Positions 20,282 through 29,795 of a stretch of DNA of 64,000 nt are shown piece after piece. The stretch covers positions 36,095-100,094 of the forward strand of contig QKCP01000051.1 of assembly GCA_003246855.1 (NCBI GenBank), read 5' to 3'. The stretch's first letter is position 1. Every line of letters starts with the position of its first letter. A program made the translations under genes and the position numbers. The notes beneath the pieces are model-generated. The model ran no database searches and was not told the DNA's origin. It worked only from the letters and a program-made list of their open reading frames with translations. This DNA comes from Ilyobacter polytropus. GTDB lineage: Bacteria > Fusobacteriota > Fusobacteriia > Fusobacteriales > Fusobacteriaceae.

Positions 20282-22987
20282 TTATTCCTTAGCTGCTTTG
20301 GCAGCCGCTACTCTAGCTATAGGCAACCTATAAGGTGAACAGCTCACATAATCAAAACCTATGTCACTTACAAACTCTATAGATGACGGTTCTCCGCCGT
20401 GTTCTCCGCATATCCCTATCTCTATTTCCTGATTAATACCCTTTGCCTTCTCAAATGCAATTTTCATAAGTTGTCCAACCCCATCCCTGTCCAATACCTG
20501 GAACGGATCTTTTTTTAGTATTTTCTTTTCTAAGTATATAGGTAAAAATTTATTGGCATCGTCACGAGAATACCCGAAAGTCATCTGAGTTAGATCGTTT
20601 GTTCCAAATGAAAAAAACTCAGCATGTTTTGCTATCTCGTCGGCAGTTAAGGCTGCCCTAGGTATCTCTATCATTGTACCTATTTTGTACTTTACCCTCA
20701 CACCCATTTGATCAAACACGTTTTTTATGGTTTTCTCTATGTAAAGTTTTTGCATTTTCAATTCTTCTAGAGTTCCAACCAATGGAACCATTATTTCAGG
20801 GAAAACATCTATTCCCTTATTTTGGACGTTTATCGCAGCCTCCATTATAGCTTTTGTCTGCATTACGGTAATTTCTGGGTAGGTATTTCCTAGTCTGCAC
20901 CCCCTATGCCCCAGCATAGGATTAAGTTCTTTCAAGTGCTCTACAGTTTCCCTAACCTTGCTTGCCTTCACGTGAAGCTCTAGAGCTAGCTCTTCCTGCT
21001 TTTCCTTTGTATGCGGTAGAAATTCATGCAGAGGTGGATCTAAAAGCCTTATGGTAACCGGAAGACCCTTCATTACCTCAAATATCTCTTCAAAATCCTT
21101 TCTCTGTAATGGAAGTAATTTTGACAAGGCTTTTTCCCTTCCTTTTTCATCCGATGCCAGTATCATTTCTCTCATAGCTTTTATTTTATCTGGTTCAAAA
21201 AACATATGTTCGGTTCTGCAGAGCCCTATGCCTTTAGCCCCAAACTTAAGCGCTAAAGCTGCATCCACAGGCGTATCTGCATTTGCTCTCACTTCAACAC
21301 GTGCAATTTTGTCTGCAAGTTTTAAAACCCTTTCGAAATCAGCACCAATTTGAGGTTCCGTTGTCTCAAGTTTCCCTTCATACACCTCTCCGGTCCTACC
21401 ATTTAGCGAGATCCATTCCCCTTCTTTAAATACCCTTCCATCTACTTCAAATATCCTTTTCTTATAATCTACTCTTATTTCACCTGCTCCCGCCACGCAG
21501 CATTTTCCCATTCCTCTTGCCACAACCGCAGCGTGGGATGTCATCCCTCCACGCACAGTTAAAAATCCATTTGCAAGTGTCATCCCCTTAATATCTTCGG
21601 GAGAGGTTTCCAATCTAACCAGTATTGCCTCGTCGTATTTCTCCACTTCATCTGCAAAAAATACTACGCGTCCCATTGCTGCCCCAGGTGCTGCCGGCAA
21701 ACCCTTGGTAACAACCTTAGCCTTTTTCAAAGAATCTGCAGAAAATACTGGATGTAGCAGTTCCCCTATTTTATTTATATCTATTCTATCAAGGACTGTC
21801 ATCTCATCTATTATCCCTTCATCTAGGAGATCTACTGCAATTTTTATCATGGCTTGACCTGTCCTCTTTCCTGTCCTTGTTTGTAGCAGCCATAATTTCC
21901 CCTCCTGTACTGTAAATTCTAGATCCTGCATATCCTTATAGTGTTGCTCTAGCTTTTCCTGTACTTCGTAGAGTTCTCTATAAACTTCCGGCATTAGTTC
22001 TTCTAAAGAAGGGTGTCTCTTTATCCTCTCCCCCTCTACTATATTGTTCCTCTTAGCCCACTCTATGGAGTCTTCCTGTGTTATCTCCTGAGGGGTCCTT
22101 ATCCCTGCCACCACGTCTTCTCCCTGAGCATTGACCAAAAATTCTCCGTTAAACTTATTTTCACCCGTAGCGGCATTTCTTGTAAAAGCCACGCCGGTTG
22201 CAGAATCTTCACCCATGTTTCCAAAAACCATGGCCTGAACATTTACAGCTGTCCCCCACCAATCTGGTATTTTTTCAAGCTTTCTGTATATTATTGCCCT
22301 TTCGTTCATCCAGCTGTCAAACACTGCAGCTATGGCTTCCCAAAGTTGTTCCCACGGATCTTGTGGAAACTCTTTCCCAGTTGATTTCTTTATAAGAACC
22401 TTGAATTTTTTTACCAATACTTTCAAGTCCTCCACCTTAAACTCTATATCATTTTTTATCGCCAAAGCTTCTTTCATGTCCTCTATTATTTTTTCAAAAG
22501 GATTTCCGTCATCCTTTGATTCTGGCTTCATCCCGAGTACTACATCACCGTACATCTGCAGAAATCTTCTATAGGAATCCCATGCAAACCTTTCATTACC
22601 GGTCTTTTCCACAAGTCCCTTGACTATATCATCATTTATCCCCAGGTTTAATACTGTATCCATCATACCTGGCATAGATTTCCTTGCCCCGGATCTCACT
22701 GAAAAAAGCAAAGGATTTTCTGTGTTTCCAAATTCCATTCCCACTGTTTTTTCAACAAATTCAACAGAATTTTTTATTGTTTTCTCCAAGATTTTTTTTA
22801 CTTCATCTTTACCTTTTTCGTTATATATAGTACAGATCTCGGTGCTTATAGTAAAACCTGGCGGCACCGGTATCCCTATCCTTGCCATTTCAGCTAAGTT
22901 TGCACCCTTTCCGCCTAAAAGCTCCTTCATACTTGCATCTCCATCTGATTTGTTTGGTCCGAATAGATAGACATATTTTTTATCCAT
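20282..22987 (-). CDS. ppdK: Pyruvate, phosphate dikinase
   Basis: About 900 aa with GGKGANLAEM, phospho-His GGMTSHAAVVARGMG and C-terminal FSFGTNDLTQ...CGEHGG. Start taken at the ATG at 22987 (MDKKYVYLF), 9 nt after AAGGGG. Confidence 0.97.
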   Translation of the reverse strand: MDKKYVYLFGPNKSDGDASMKELLGGKGANLAEMARIGIPVPPGFTISTEICTIYNEKGKDEVKKILEKTIKNSVEFVEKTVGMEFGNTENPLLFSVRSGARKSMPGMMDTVLNLGINDDIVKGLVEKTGNERFAWDSYRRFLQMYGDVVLGMKPESKDDGNPFEKIIEDMKEALAIKNDIEFKVEDLKVLVKKFKVLIKKSTGKEFPQDPWEQLWEAIAAVFDSWMNERAIIYRKLEKIPDWWGTAVNVQAMVFGNMGEDSATGVAFTRNAATGENKFNGEFLVNAQGEDVVAGIRTPQEITQEDSIEWAKRNNIVEGERIKRHPSLEELMPEVYRELYEVQEKLEQHYKDMQDLEFTVQEGKLWLLQTRTGKRTGQAMIKIAVDLLDEGIIDEMTVLDRIDINKIGELLHPVFSADSLKKAKVVTKGLPAAPGAAMGRVVFFADEVEKYDEAILVRLETSPEDIKGMTLANGFLTVRGGMTSHAAVVARGMGKCCVAGAGEIRVDYKKRIFEVDGRVFKEGEWISLNGRTGEVYEGKLETTEPQIGADFERVLKLADKIARVEVRANADTPVDAALALKFGAKGIGLCRTEHMFFEPDKIKAMREMILASDEKGREKALSKLLPLQRKDFEEIFEVMKGLPVTIRLLDPPLHEFLPHTKEKQEELALELHVKASKVRETVEHLKELNPMLGHRGCRLGNTYPEITVMQTKAIMEAAINVQNKGIDVFPEIMVPLVGTLEELKMQKLYIEKTIKNVFDQMGVRVKYKIGTMIEIPRAALTADEIAKHAEFFSFGTNDLTQMTFGYSRDDANKFLPIYLEKKILKKDPFQVLDRDGVGQLMKIAFEKAKGINQEIEIGICGEHGGEPSSIEFVSDIGFDYVSCSPYRLPIARVAAAKAAKE

Positions 22988-23084
22988 ATTTTTCATCCCC
23001 TTAAAAATATTTCTTTTCAGAATACATTTACTAATAATTTACATAGTTTTATGCATTTTCCTTTTAATAATTTAAGCCAAGTTT

Positions 23085-24029
23085 TTAATTAGAAATTATT
23101 AGGCTGTTGCAAAAGTATTGTATAATTTTCAATACTGCAATAGCCTTTTCTATTGTAAATAACAATAATTTTAAGCTTACATTGAAATATTTTCTGCTAA
23201 GACCTCTTACCCGATGATTATCAATCGAATAGTTTTCTTTTAAGTTTCCAAATAACCTCTCTATTTCCCAGCGCTTTCCGTATCTTTTCTTTCCGGCTTT
23301 AGATTGCAGATAAGTATAATTTGACCTTCTTAACGGGTCTTTCAGTTTATCTACTTCAATCCTTTTAGCTTTTCGTTTATTCAAAGGACAAATTAAGTTG
23401 ACACCTAATTCTTTCGAATAGCCTAATAACCTACTCACATCATATCCTTTATCTGCGATAACATCCGTGTTTGGCGCTATTTTGCTTAACGAATTTATTA
23501 ATTCTTCACATCTGGAATCGTGAATATTTGCTGTAGTTATGTTAAAAGAAAACGGTATCCCATTACTGCTGCAAATCAAATGTAATTTATACCCGCAATA
23601 CCAATCCAGTCTTGTAGATTTTCCAAACCTAGCTTCTTTATCTAATTTTGAAGTTATTAAAGAACTGGAGTCTAAGTAAAAAATAGTCTCATTTTTATAC
23701 AGTTGCTTTCCTATTCTTTGAAGATAAAGATTCATATTATATTTCAAATGTTTAGTATACGTCTTAAATAGAATTGAAAAATCAGGCATCTTTTCAAGCC
23801 CAAGTATTCTAAGGGAGATGAAATCTTTTTTCAAAGACTCCTCTATCTTTCTGAAACTAAGGTTAGCGCTACGCGCTTTGTAAATCATAACTGCCAAAAC
23901 TTTTCCTAAGCTATATTTTCTAGGTCTTCCAGAGTTATTATTAAGAAAAAGTTCAGGGAAATTTTTTTCAATAATCTTTAAAATTTGATAAAGTAGGTTG
24001 CTCTTAATAATAGATTGTGGTATATACAT
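23085..24029 (-). CDS. DDE transposase (IS4/IS5 superfamily)
   Basis: 314 aa with candidate DDE residues in YLDSSS, ADKGYD and RWEIERLFGNLK. The last fits the Y-x2-R-x3-E-x6-K motif. The stop codon lies 13-15 nt outside the IS end. Confidence 0.85.
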   Translation of the reverse strand: MYIPQSIIKSNLLYQILKIIEKNFPELFLNNNSGRPRKYSLGKVLAVMIYKARSANLSFRKIEESLKKDFISLRILGLEKMPDFSILFKTYTKHLKYNMNLYLQRIGKQLYKNETIFYLDSSSLITSKLDKEARFGKSTRLDWYCGYKLHLICSSNGIPFSFNITTANIHDSRCEELINSLSKIAPNTDVIADKGYDVSRLLGYSKELGVNLICPLNKRKAKRIEVDKLKDPLRRSNYTYLQSKAGKKRYGKRWEIERLFGNLKENYSIDNHRVRGLSRKYFNVSLKLLLFTIEKAIAVLKIIQYFCNSLIISN

Positions 24030-24134
24030 TAGGGATCATATCCTTTCGAGCAGAATTTTGTGTGGTAACTTAATTATTACTCTATTTTGGATATGATTTT
24101 TAATTTTTTTGTAAATTACTTTTGCAACACTCTA
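23100..24134 (-). mobile_element. Intact 1035-bp insertion sequence (IS4/IS5 superfamily, IS903-like dimensions)
   Basis: Terminal inverted repeats are TAGGCTGTTGCAAAAGTA (23100..23117) and the reverse complement of 24117..24134, TAGAGTGTTGCAAAAGTA (16/18 identical). A 10-bp direct repeat TAGAAATTAT flanks it at 23090..23099 and 24135..24144. Confidence 0.85.
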
Positions 24135-24299
24135 TAGAAATTATCAATAAAGTATTAAAACTTAAGCATAGGTAACCAGTTAAGTTAATTTGTATAGGTG
24201 CAATTTAAAAGCAGCTGATTTTTAATTCTAATTTTTAAAGGAATTACTTAATTAATATAGTAAAATATCTATGAGGCAGTTTTTAAGAAGGTGATGATT

Positions 24300-24497
24300 A
24301 TGAATATTATTTTTCTTTTGATTTTATCCAGCACCTTAGGGCTTACCTTGTTTCATTCCATAAAAGAATTCGGGATCCCCAAAACAATTTTTTTAGGATT
24401 ATTTCCAACAGTAGCTTACTACTTTTATCCTGTGATACTTATATCTATCCTAATTTACGTATATAGACTATACAAAAGAAACAGAGACCAGTCTTAG
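24300..24497 (+). CDS. Small two-TM membrane protein, hypothetical
   Basis: About 65 aa and hydrophobic. AAGAAGG lies 9 nt upstream of the ATG at 24300. A terminator hairpin spans the stop codon. Confidence 0.5.
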   Translation: MNIIFLLILSSTLGLTLFHSIKEFGIPKTIFLGLFPTVAYYFYPVILISILIYVYRLYKRNRDQS

Positions 24498-24510
24498 CTG
24501 GTCTTTTTTA
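24485..24510 (+). terminator. Intrinsic terminator
   Basis: AGACCAG-TCTTAG-CTGGTCT followed by TTTTTT. Confidence 0.7.
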
Positions 24511-24774
24511 TTGCATTTTTTTACAATTTTCCCATAAATATATAGATATTTTAATCACATAATGTATTAATGTAAAGAATATATTTGAATATGTACGGGC
24601 ACAAGTATGATAAAATATTATTTTTTTATTTTTTATACTTCCTTTTAGAAATAAACTGTGGTATATTTTTATCATAAAATATTAATATTTAATCATATTA
24701 AGTTGTTTTAATTCAAAAATATATGATTGATATTCAATTTTTTAATTTTATTAAATAAAAAAAGGAGGAATTTT

Positions 24775-26151
24775 ATGGCACTTAGCATTGTAGGTATTAT
24801 TTTATCTCTTATCTTACTTATGTATCTTGCATATAGGGGGATCGCAGTTATATGGCTAGCTCCGATTCTTGCTCTTGTTGCTGTTCTGTTTTCTACGGGT
24901 ACACCAGTTATGGCGTCGTATACCGAGGTGTTTATGAACAACTTTTCTGGTTACGTCAAAGCATACTTTCCTGTATTCTTAATGGGAGCTATCTTTGGTA
25001 AGATAATGGAGGAATCTGGGTCAGCAAAAACTATCTCCCATTTCTTCACAGAAAAGCTTGGAAAGAAAAATGCGTTGCTGGCAATTGTACTTTCTGTTTC
25101 TGTTCTAACCTATGGTGGTGTATCGATGTTTGTTGTGGCGTTCGCGGTTTATCCTATCGCCGCAGAACTTTTCAGGGAAAATGATATTCCTAAAAGACTT
25201 ATTCCTGGAACAATTGCTCTAGGATCGTTTACTTTTACAATGACTGCATTACCTGGTTCACCTCAAATACAAAACACAATACCTATGCCGTTTTTCGGTA
25301 CTACAGCTTACGCTGCTCCAATACTTGGTCTAATTGGTGGTACGGTTATGTTTGTTGGAGGTATGATGTGGCTAACTAGAAGGGAAAAAGCTGCCCGTGC
25401 AGCCGGAGAGGGATACGGAGACCATCATGACAATATCAAACAATTTGATGAAGGAGTAAATCTGCCTTCTCTTCCAGCAGCCTTAACGCCTATTTTAATA
25501 GTCTTAGTTTTAAACTTTGTTATAGGAAATATACTCTATTCTGGTATTACTGCTGACTACTTGAAAGACTACGGAACAACTTTCACCAAAGTTAAAGGGA
25601 TATGGAGTCTGCTTATAGCACTTCTAGCTTCTATAATTGCAGGGGCTATTTTATTCAGAAAACAGTTGGGATCTTTAAAAGATACTGTAAACAAAGGTGC
25701 CTTTGGTGCACTGCTTCCAATTATAAATACTGCTTCTGAAGTTGGATACGGTAACGTAATAAAATCTCTTGCCGCCTTTACTGTAATACAAGCTGCTGTA
25801 CTTGGAATACCTGGTACACCGTTTATATCGCTTGCTGTTTCTTCGAGTGCAATGGCAGGGATCACGGGTTCTGCATCTGGTGGTATGAGTATAGCTCTAA
25901 GCGCCTTAGGTGATGTTTACATGCAAAAGGCAGCTTTACTAAACATTAACCCGGAAGCTTTCCACAGAATAGCTGCAATGGCTTGTGGAGGTTTAGACTC
26001 TCTTCCTCACAATGGTGCCGTTATAACTCTTCTAGGTATCACAGGACTAACACACAAGCAATCCTACAAGGATATAGGTATGGTTACTGTTGTAATCCCT
26101 ATTATAGCTACTGCAATTGCTATAGTTTTCGCAACAATGGGAGTTGTATAG
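24775..26151 (+). CDS. GntP-family (gluconate/organic-acid:H+) permease
   Basis: About 458 aa and polytopic. The N-terminus MALSIVGIILSLILLMYLAYRG... and GAIFGKIMEESGSA are typical of GntP-family transporters. Start taken at the ATG at 24775, after AAGGAGG. Confidence 0.8.
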   Translation: MALSIVGIILSLILLMYLAYRGIAVIWLAPILALVAVLFSTGTPVMASYTEVFMNNFSGYVKAYFPVFLMGAIFGKIMEESGSAKTISHFFTEKLGKKNALLAIVLSVSVLTYGGVSMFVVAFAVYPIAAELFRENDIPKRLIPGTIALGSFTFTMTALPGSPQIQNTIPMPFFGTTAYAAPILGLIGGTVMFVGGMMWLTRREKAARAAGEGYGDHHDNIKQFDEGVNLPSLPAALTPILIVLVLNFVIGNILYSGITADYLKDYGTTFTKVKGIWSLLIALLASIIAGAILFRKQLGSLKDTVNKGAFGALLPIINTASEVGYGNVIKSLAAFTVIQAAVLGIPGTPFISLAVSSSAMAGITGSASGGMSIALSALGDVYMQKAALLNINPEAFHRIAAMACGGLDSLPHNGAVITLLGITGLTHKQSYKDIGMVTVVIPIIATAIAIVFATMGVV

Positions 26152-26170
26152 AAATATTAAGTATAAAAAA

Positions 26171-26188
26171 GCGGCCGATATCGGCCGC
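26171..26188. terminator. GC-rich palindromic hairpin downstream of the GntP-family gene
   Basis: Perfect palindrome GCGGCCGAT/ATCGGCCGC, preceded by AAAAAA. The T tract on the plus strand is weak. Confidence 0.6.
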
Positions 26189-26388
26189 TTCAGTTTATAG
26201 ATGTTTTTTATTAAAACGTCTATTTCATAAAACTGCTCTTCAGTTATAACATAAATCAGTATATGTACTTTTTCTCCATTTTCACGGAAATAAGCAGTGT
26301 CTTCTACGCTGATAACGCATTTGTCATAGATGTAGTCAGGCTCCGCATATGTATATCTTATTGTATTAACTAAAGGAGAAGAATAATT

Positions 26389-26796
26389 ATGAAAAGACAA
26401 TTGAAAAGTACAAAATTGGTTAAAAAATATCATTTGGAGGAAAAAGTAAAAGAAATATACTCCAATTTATGTTTAGAAAAATATGGGAAATGCCCGCCAA
26501 CTATGGATTTAAAATTGGAATTTGAAGCGAAAAAACAAGCCCTTCACGGTGCTTTAATTGAAATACAAAACAAACTGTTAGAGTTAAACAAAGCTAAATC
26601 AAATCATATTTGTAAAGATTATGATTATGATGGTATTTCTACTGAAAATTTAAATTCTGAACTAATAGAGGAAATATGCCAAGATTGCGTCCATTATGAA
26701 GAGCATCTTGAAAGATTGTCTAAAGAAATTATAGAACTTGAAAGATATGATGAAATTATTAAACATGACTATGAAATTTTAATATCTAAATCTTAA
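26389..26796 (+). CDS. Hypothetical 135-aa protein (Lys/Glu-rich, probably helical, five Cys)
   Basis: RBS AAAGGAGAAG lies 8 nt upstream of the ATG, and its own terminator follows at 26852..26890. I recognise no family. Confidence 0.5.
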   Translation: MKRQLKSTKLVKKYHLEEKVKEIYSNLCLEKYGKCPPTMDLKLEFEAKKQALHGALIEIQNKLLELNKAKSNHICKDYDYDGISTENLNSELIEEICQDCVHYEEHLERLSKEIIELERYDEIIKHDYEILISKS

Positions 26797-26851
26797 TAAT
26801 AAATATGTTTAATGAATAATAAAAAAATAGACCTTTAAAATTGTAGACAAA

Positions 26852-26890
26852 CGACTATCGAATAGAAATATTTGATAGTCGCTTTCTTTT
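26852..26890 (+). terminator. Intrinsic terminator of the orphan cassette
   Basis: CGACTATC-(14-nt loop)-GATAGTCG followed by CTTTCTTTT. Confidence 0.6.
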
Positions 26891-26964
26891 ATTTTTGATA
26901 AATTTAATAAAAAGGCATGAATTTGCTTTGAAAGTAAGGAATAAAATCCGTTTTTTGCCTTTTT

Positions 26965-27105
26965 CCCCACAGGATAGCTGCTCGAATTAGACTCTCTTCC
27001 ATACGATGGTGCCGGTGTAACCCTTTTGAGGATAACAGATTAACATACAAGGATATAGATATGGTTACTGTTGTAATAGTTTTTGCGTCATTTGAAGTTG
27101 TATAA
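26965..27105 (+). pseudogene. Decayed duplicate of the 3' end of the GntP-family gene
   Basis: It shares blocks with 25960..26151 in the same order: TTAGACTCTCTTCC, ATGGTGCCG, TACAAGGATATAG, TATGGTTACTGTTGTAAT and AGTTGTATA. It has internal deletions and an in-frame TAA (..LDSLPYDGAGVTLLRITD*). A related GGCCG hairpin follows it. Confidence 0.8.
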
Positions 27106-27114
27106 AAATAAAAA

Positions 27115-27140
27115 AACGGCCGCTACCGGCCGTTTTTTTA
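27115..27140. terminator. Bidirectional intrinsic terminator (serves pyk on the minus strand)
   Basis: AACGGCCG-CTAC-CGGCCGTT flanked by A7 and T7. Confidence 0.8.
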
Positions 27141-27156
27141 TTACTAAATATTTTTA

Positions 27157-28572
27157 TTATTTAACAACAGAAACTTTAAAGCTGTTTGTTGTTCCTGGTT
27201 TGAATATTCCTTCACCGTAAGAGATTACTACTACATCTCCAGTTTGAGCGAATCCTTTTTCAACTGCTAGTTTTTCAGCTTTAGCTGTAAACTCTTCAAT
27301 TGAAAGGTCTGCTTTCTCCACTGCAGTGTAAACTCCTTTTGAAAGCATAAGTTGTCTTGCTGTTTGTTCATTGTTTGTAATAGCTAGAATTTGTGCTGTA
27401 GGGAAGTATTTTCTTATAGATCTTGCTGCTCTTCCTGTTTCAGTAGCAACTACGATTAATTTTGCTCCTAAGTTTTCAGCAGATTCTACTGTTCCTTTAG
27501 CTACTGCTTCAGTTATTGTAGTAGGTCCATCGAAGTCCATTGGCATGTACATCATAACAGAATCTGTTTTTTGGCATATTTTAGCCATAGTTTTTACAGC
27601 TTGCTCAGGATATTTTCCTTTTGCAGACTCTCCAGAAAGCATTACTGCATCTGTACCGTCTAGAATTGCGTTAGCAACGTCTCCTGCTTCTGCTCTTGTA
27701 GGTCTAGGATTTTTGATCATAGAATCTAACATTTGAGTTGCAGTGATAACCATTTTCCCTGCTTCGTTACATTTCTCTATCATCATTTTTTGAGCGAAAG
27801 GAACTTCTTCTACAGGAATTTCTACTCCAAGGTCTCCCCTTGCTACCATGATACCATCAGATAGCTCTAGTATTTCGTCGAAGTTGTCTACCCCTTCTTG
27901 GTTTTCTATTTTAGATATGATTTTGATGTTTGTTCCACCATTATCATCTAATACTTTTCTTACTTCTTTAACGTCTGAAGCTTTTCTGATGAATGAAGCT
28001 GCTACAAAGTCTACTCCAACTTCGCATCCGAATTTTAGGTCAGCTATATCTTTTTCTGCTAATGCAGGTAATTGAACAGATACACCTGGCAGGTTAACAC
28101 CTTTATTTTCCCCAAGTTCTCCTGAGTTGTTTACAGTACATTTTACTTCGTTTCCAGATACTTCTTTTACAGTCATTCCAACTAATCCATCATCTAAAAG
28201 GATAGTGTCTCCTGGCTTAAGGTCTTTTGCTAAACCTTCGTAAGTAACTGCTACTTTAGTTTTGTTTCCGATAACTGTTTTGTCAGTAGTGATAGTGAAC
28301 TCTTGTCCAGCTTCTAGTAAAACGTCGTCCCCATTTTCAAGTTTGATAGTTCTGATTTCAGGACCTTTAGTATCCAATAGGATAGCTACTTGATTTCCTG
28401 TTTCAGCCACGATCTCTCTTATTGTGTTGATTCTTGCTCCGTGCTCTTCGTAGTCACCGTGAGAGAAATTAAGTCTCATTACGTTCATTCCAGCTGCTAC
28501 TAATTTCCCCAGCATTTCTTTTGATTCGGACTTAGGTCCAATAGTACATACAATCTTAGTTTTTTTCAACAT
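27157..28572 (-). CDS. pyk: Pyruvate kinase
   Basis: 471 aa with [38 protein letters not shown] and ATQMLDSM. Confidence 0.98.
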   Translation of the reverse strand: MLKKTKIVCTIGPKSESKEMLGKLVAAGMNVMRLNFSHGDYEEHGARINTIREIVAETGNQVAILLDTKGPEIRTIKLENGDDVLLEAGQEFTITTDKTVIGNKTKVAVTYEGLAKDLKPGDTILLDDGLVGMTVKEVSGNEVKCTVNNSGELGENKGVNLPGVSVQLPALAEKDIADLKFGCEVGVDFVAASFIRKASDVKEVRKVLDDNGGTNIKIISKIENQEGVDNFDEILELSDGIMVARGDLGVEIPVEEVPFAQKMMIEKCNEAGKMVITATQMLDSMIKNPRPTRAEAGDVANAILDGTDAVMLSGESAKGKYPEQAVKTMAKICQKTDSVMMYMPMDFDGPTTITEAVAKGTVESAENLGAKLIVVATETGRAARSIRKYFPTAQILAITNNEQTARQLMLSKGVYTAVEKADLSIEEFTAKAEKLAVEKGFAQTGDVVVISYGEGIFKPGTTNSFKVSVVK

Positions 28573-28617
28573 GTAATCTTACCTCCTAGAATTTATTGTA
28601 AAAGATTATTTAGTATG

Positions 28618-29580
28618 TTATTCAGCCAAAGTTTGTGCCAATTCATAGTCTTTTGGCACAGGATGTTTTTTATTCTCCCAAGCGTAAGAAATCGGATGGT
28701 TGACAAGTGCATTTTTTTCTAAACCAACCATTTTACCGCTTTCCCCTTCTGAAAGCAGGTCAACAGCATAAGCAGCTAATTTCGTAGCAAGAATCCTGTC
28801 GAAAGCCGACGGAGCTCCTCCCCTTTGTACGTGCCCTAAAACTGTAACCCTCATTTCTGATCTTACTTTTCCTTCAAGTCCTTTGGCTATATCAAATGCC
28901 GATCCGACACCTTCAGCTACTAGAATGATGTCGTGAAGCTTACCTTGAGCTCTTCTTGCATTAAGCTGTTCTGCAAGCTCTTCTATCGAAAAATGAACTT
29001 CAGGGATCAACAATCCATCCCCTCCACCTGCCATGCAGGCATAAAGTGCTAAATCTCCACAAGCTCTTCCCATTACCTCTACAAGATATGTTCTCTCATG
29101 AGAAGTAGCTGTATCCCTAAGCTTTGTTATTGCATCTAAAATAGTATTCAAAGCTGTATCATAACCTATAGTGTAATCTGAACCAGCGATATCATTATCT
29201 ATGGTTCCAGGAATTCCTATTACTTTTATCCCGTGTTCCTTGTATAAAAGGTCGGCACCATGGAATGATCCGTCCCCTCCTATTACAATAAGGCCTTCTA
29301 TCCCCCTCTTTTGAAGGTTCTTTACAGCCTCAGCCCTTACTTCTTTTTGCTTAAATTCAAGACACCTTGCAGTTAAAAGATCTGTTCCCCCTCTGTCAAC
29401 GATCCCACTAACGTTAATGGACTTCATCTCAAATACATCATCATTTAACATTCCGGCATAACCTCTTTTTATACCGTATACCTTCATGCCCTTTGAAAAT
29501 GCGTACTTAGCAGCTGCTCTCACAGCCGTATTCATACCAGGGGCATCCCCACCACTAGTTAAAATAGCTATGTTTTTCAT
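28618..29580 (-). CDS. pfkA: ATP-dependent 6-phosphofructokinase
   Basis: 320 aa with ILTSGGDAPGMN, IGGDGS, PGTIDNDI and GHVQRGG. Confidence 0.98.
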   Translation of the reverse strand: MKNIAILTSGGDAPGMNTAVRAAAKYAFSKGMKVYGIKRGYAGMLNDDVFEMKSINVSGIVDRGGTDLLTARCLEFKQKEVRAEAVKNLQKRGIEGLIVIGGDGSFHGADLLYKEHGIKVIGIPGTIDNDIAGSDYTIGYDTALNTILDAITKLRDTATSHERTYLVEVMGRACGDLALYACMAGGGDGLLIPEVHFSIEELAEQLNARRAQGKLHDIILVAEGVGSAFDIAKGLEGKVRSEMRVTVLGHVQRGGAPSAFDRILATKLAAYAVDLLSEGESGKMVGLEKNALVNHPISYAWENKKHPVPKDYELAQTLAE

Positions 29581-29753
29581 ACTACTTCCCCTTTCTTAAC
29601 AACCCTTTTTATTTTTAAACACCCTTTTTTTTAAATACCATAAGGCATTTTTACAAGAATTATATAATATATACTATTTTTTTTCAACTTTTTTTTGGCT
29701 TATTAAGAGAAATTTGTATCAAATTAAAAGTAAATGTGTATTAATTATTTAGT

Positions 29754-29776
29754 AAAAAATGGGGGTTTCCCCCCAT
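29754..29776 (-). terminator. Intrinsic terminator downstream of accA
   Basis: The minus strand reads ATGGGGGG-AAA-CCCCCAT followed by TTTTT. Confidence 0.75.
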
Positions 29777-29795
29777 AAAATCTTAAATAATTTAT

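Noticed and set aside
18415-22987. ptsI adjacent to ppdK (two PEP-utilising phospho-His enzymes) as a possible novel coupled system
   Set aside because: The genes are separated by a strong terminator and ~150 nt. Both are full-length canonical enzymes. Adjacency of paralogous-domain housekeeping genes is not by itself evidence of functional coupling.
24498-24774. 277-bp very AT-rich leader upstream of the GntP-family gene: checked for a riboswitch or attenuator
   Set aside because: No stable GC-containing helices, no terminator or antiterminator pair and no conserved riboswitch core sequences were recognised. It looks like ordinary promoter or UP-element DNA.
26047-26433. 128-aa minus-strand ORF
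   Set aside because: Rejected as an intact gene. The start has no RBS and is antisense to the 135-aa gene. The frame reads through a perfect terminator palindrome and into the antisense of the permease 3' end. It is kept only as a possible gene relic (see finding).
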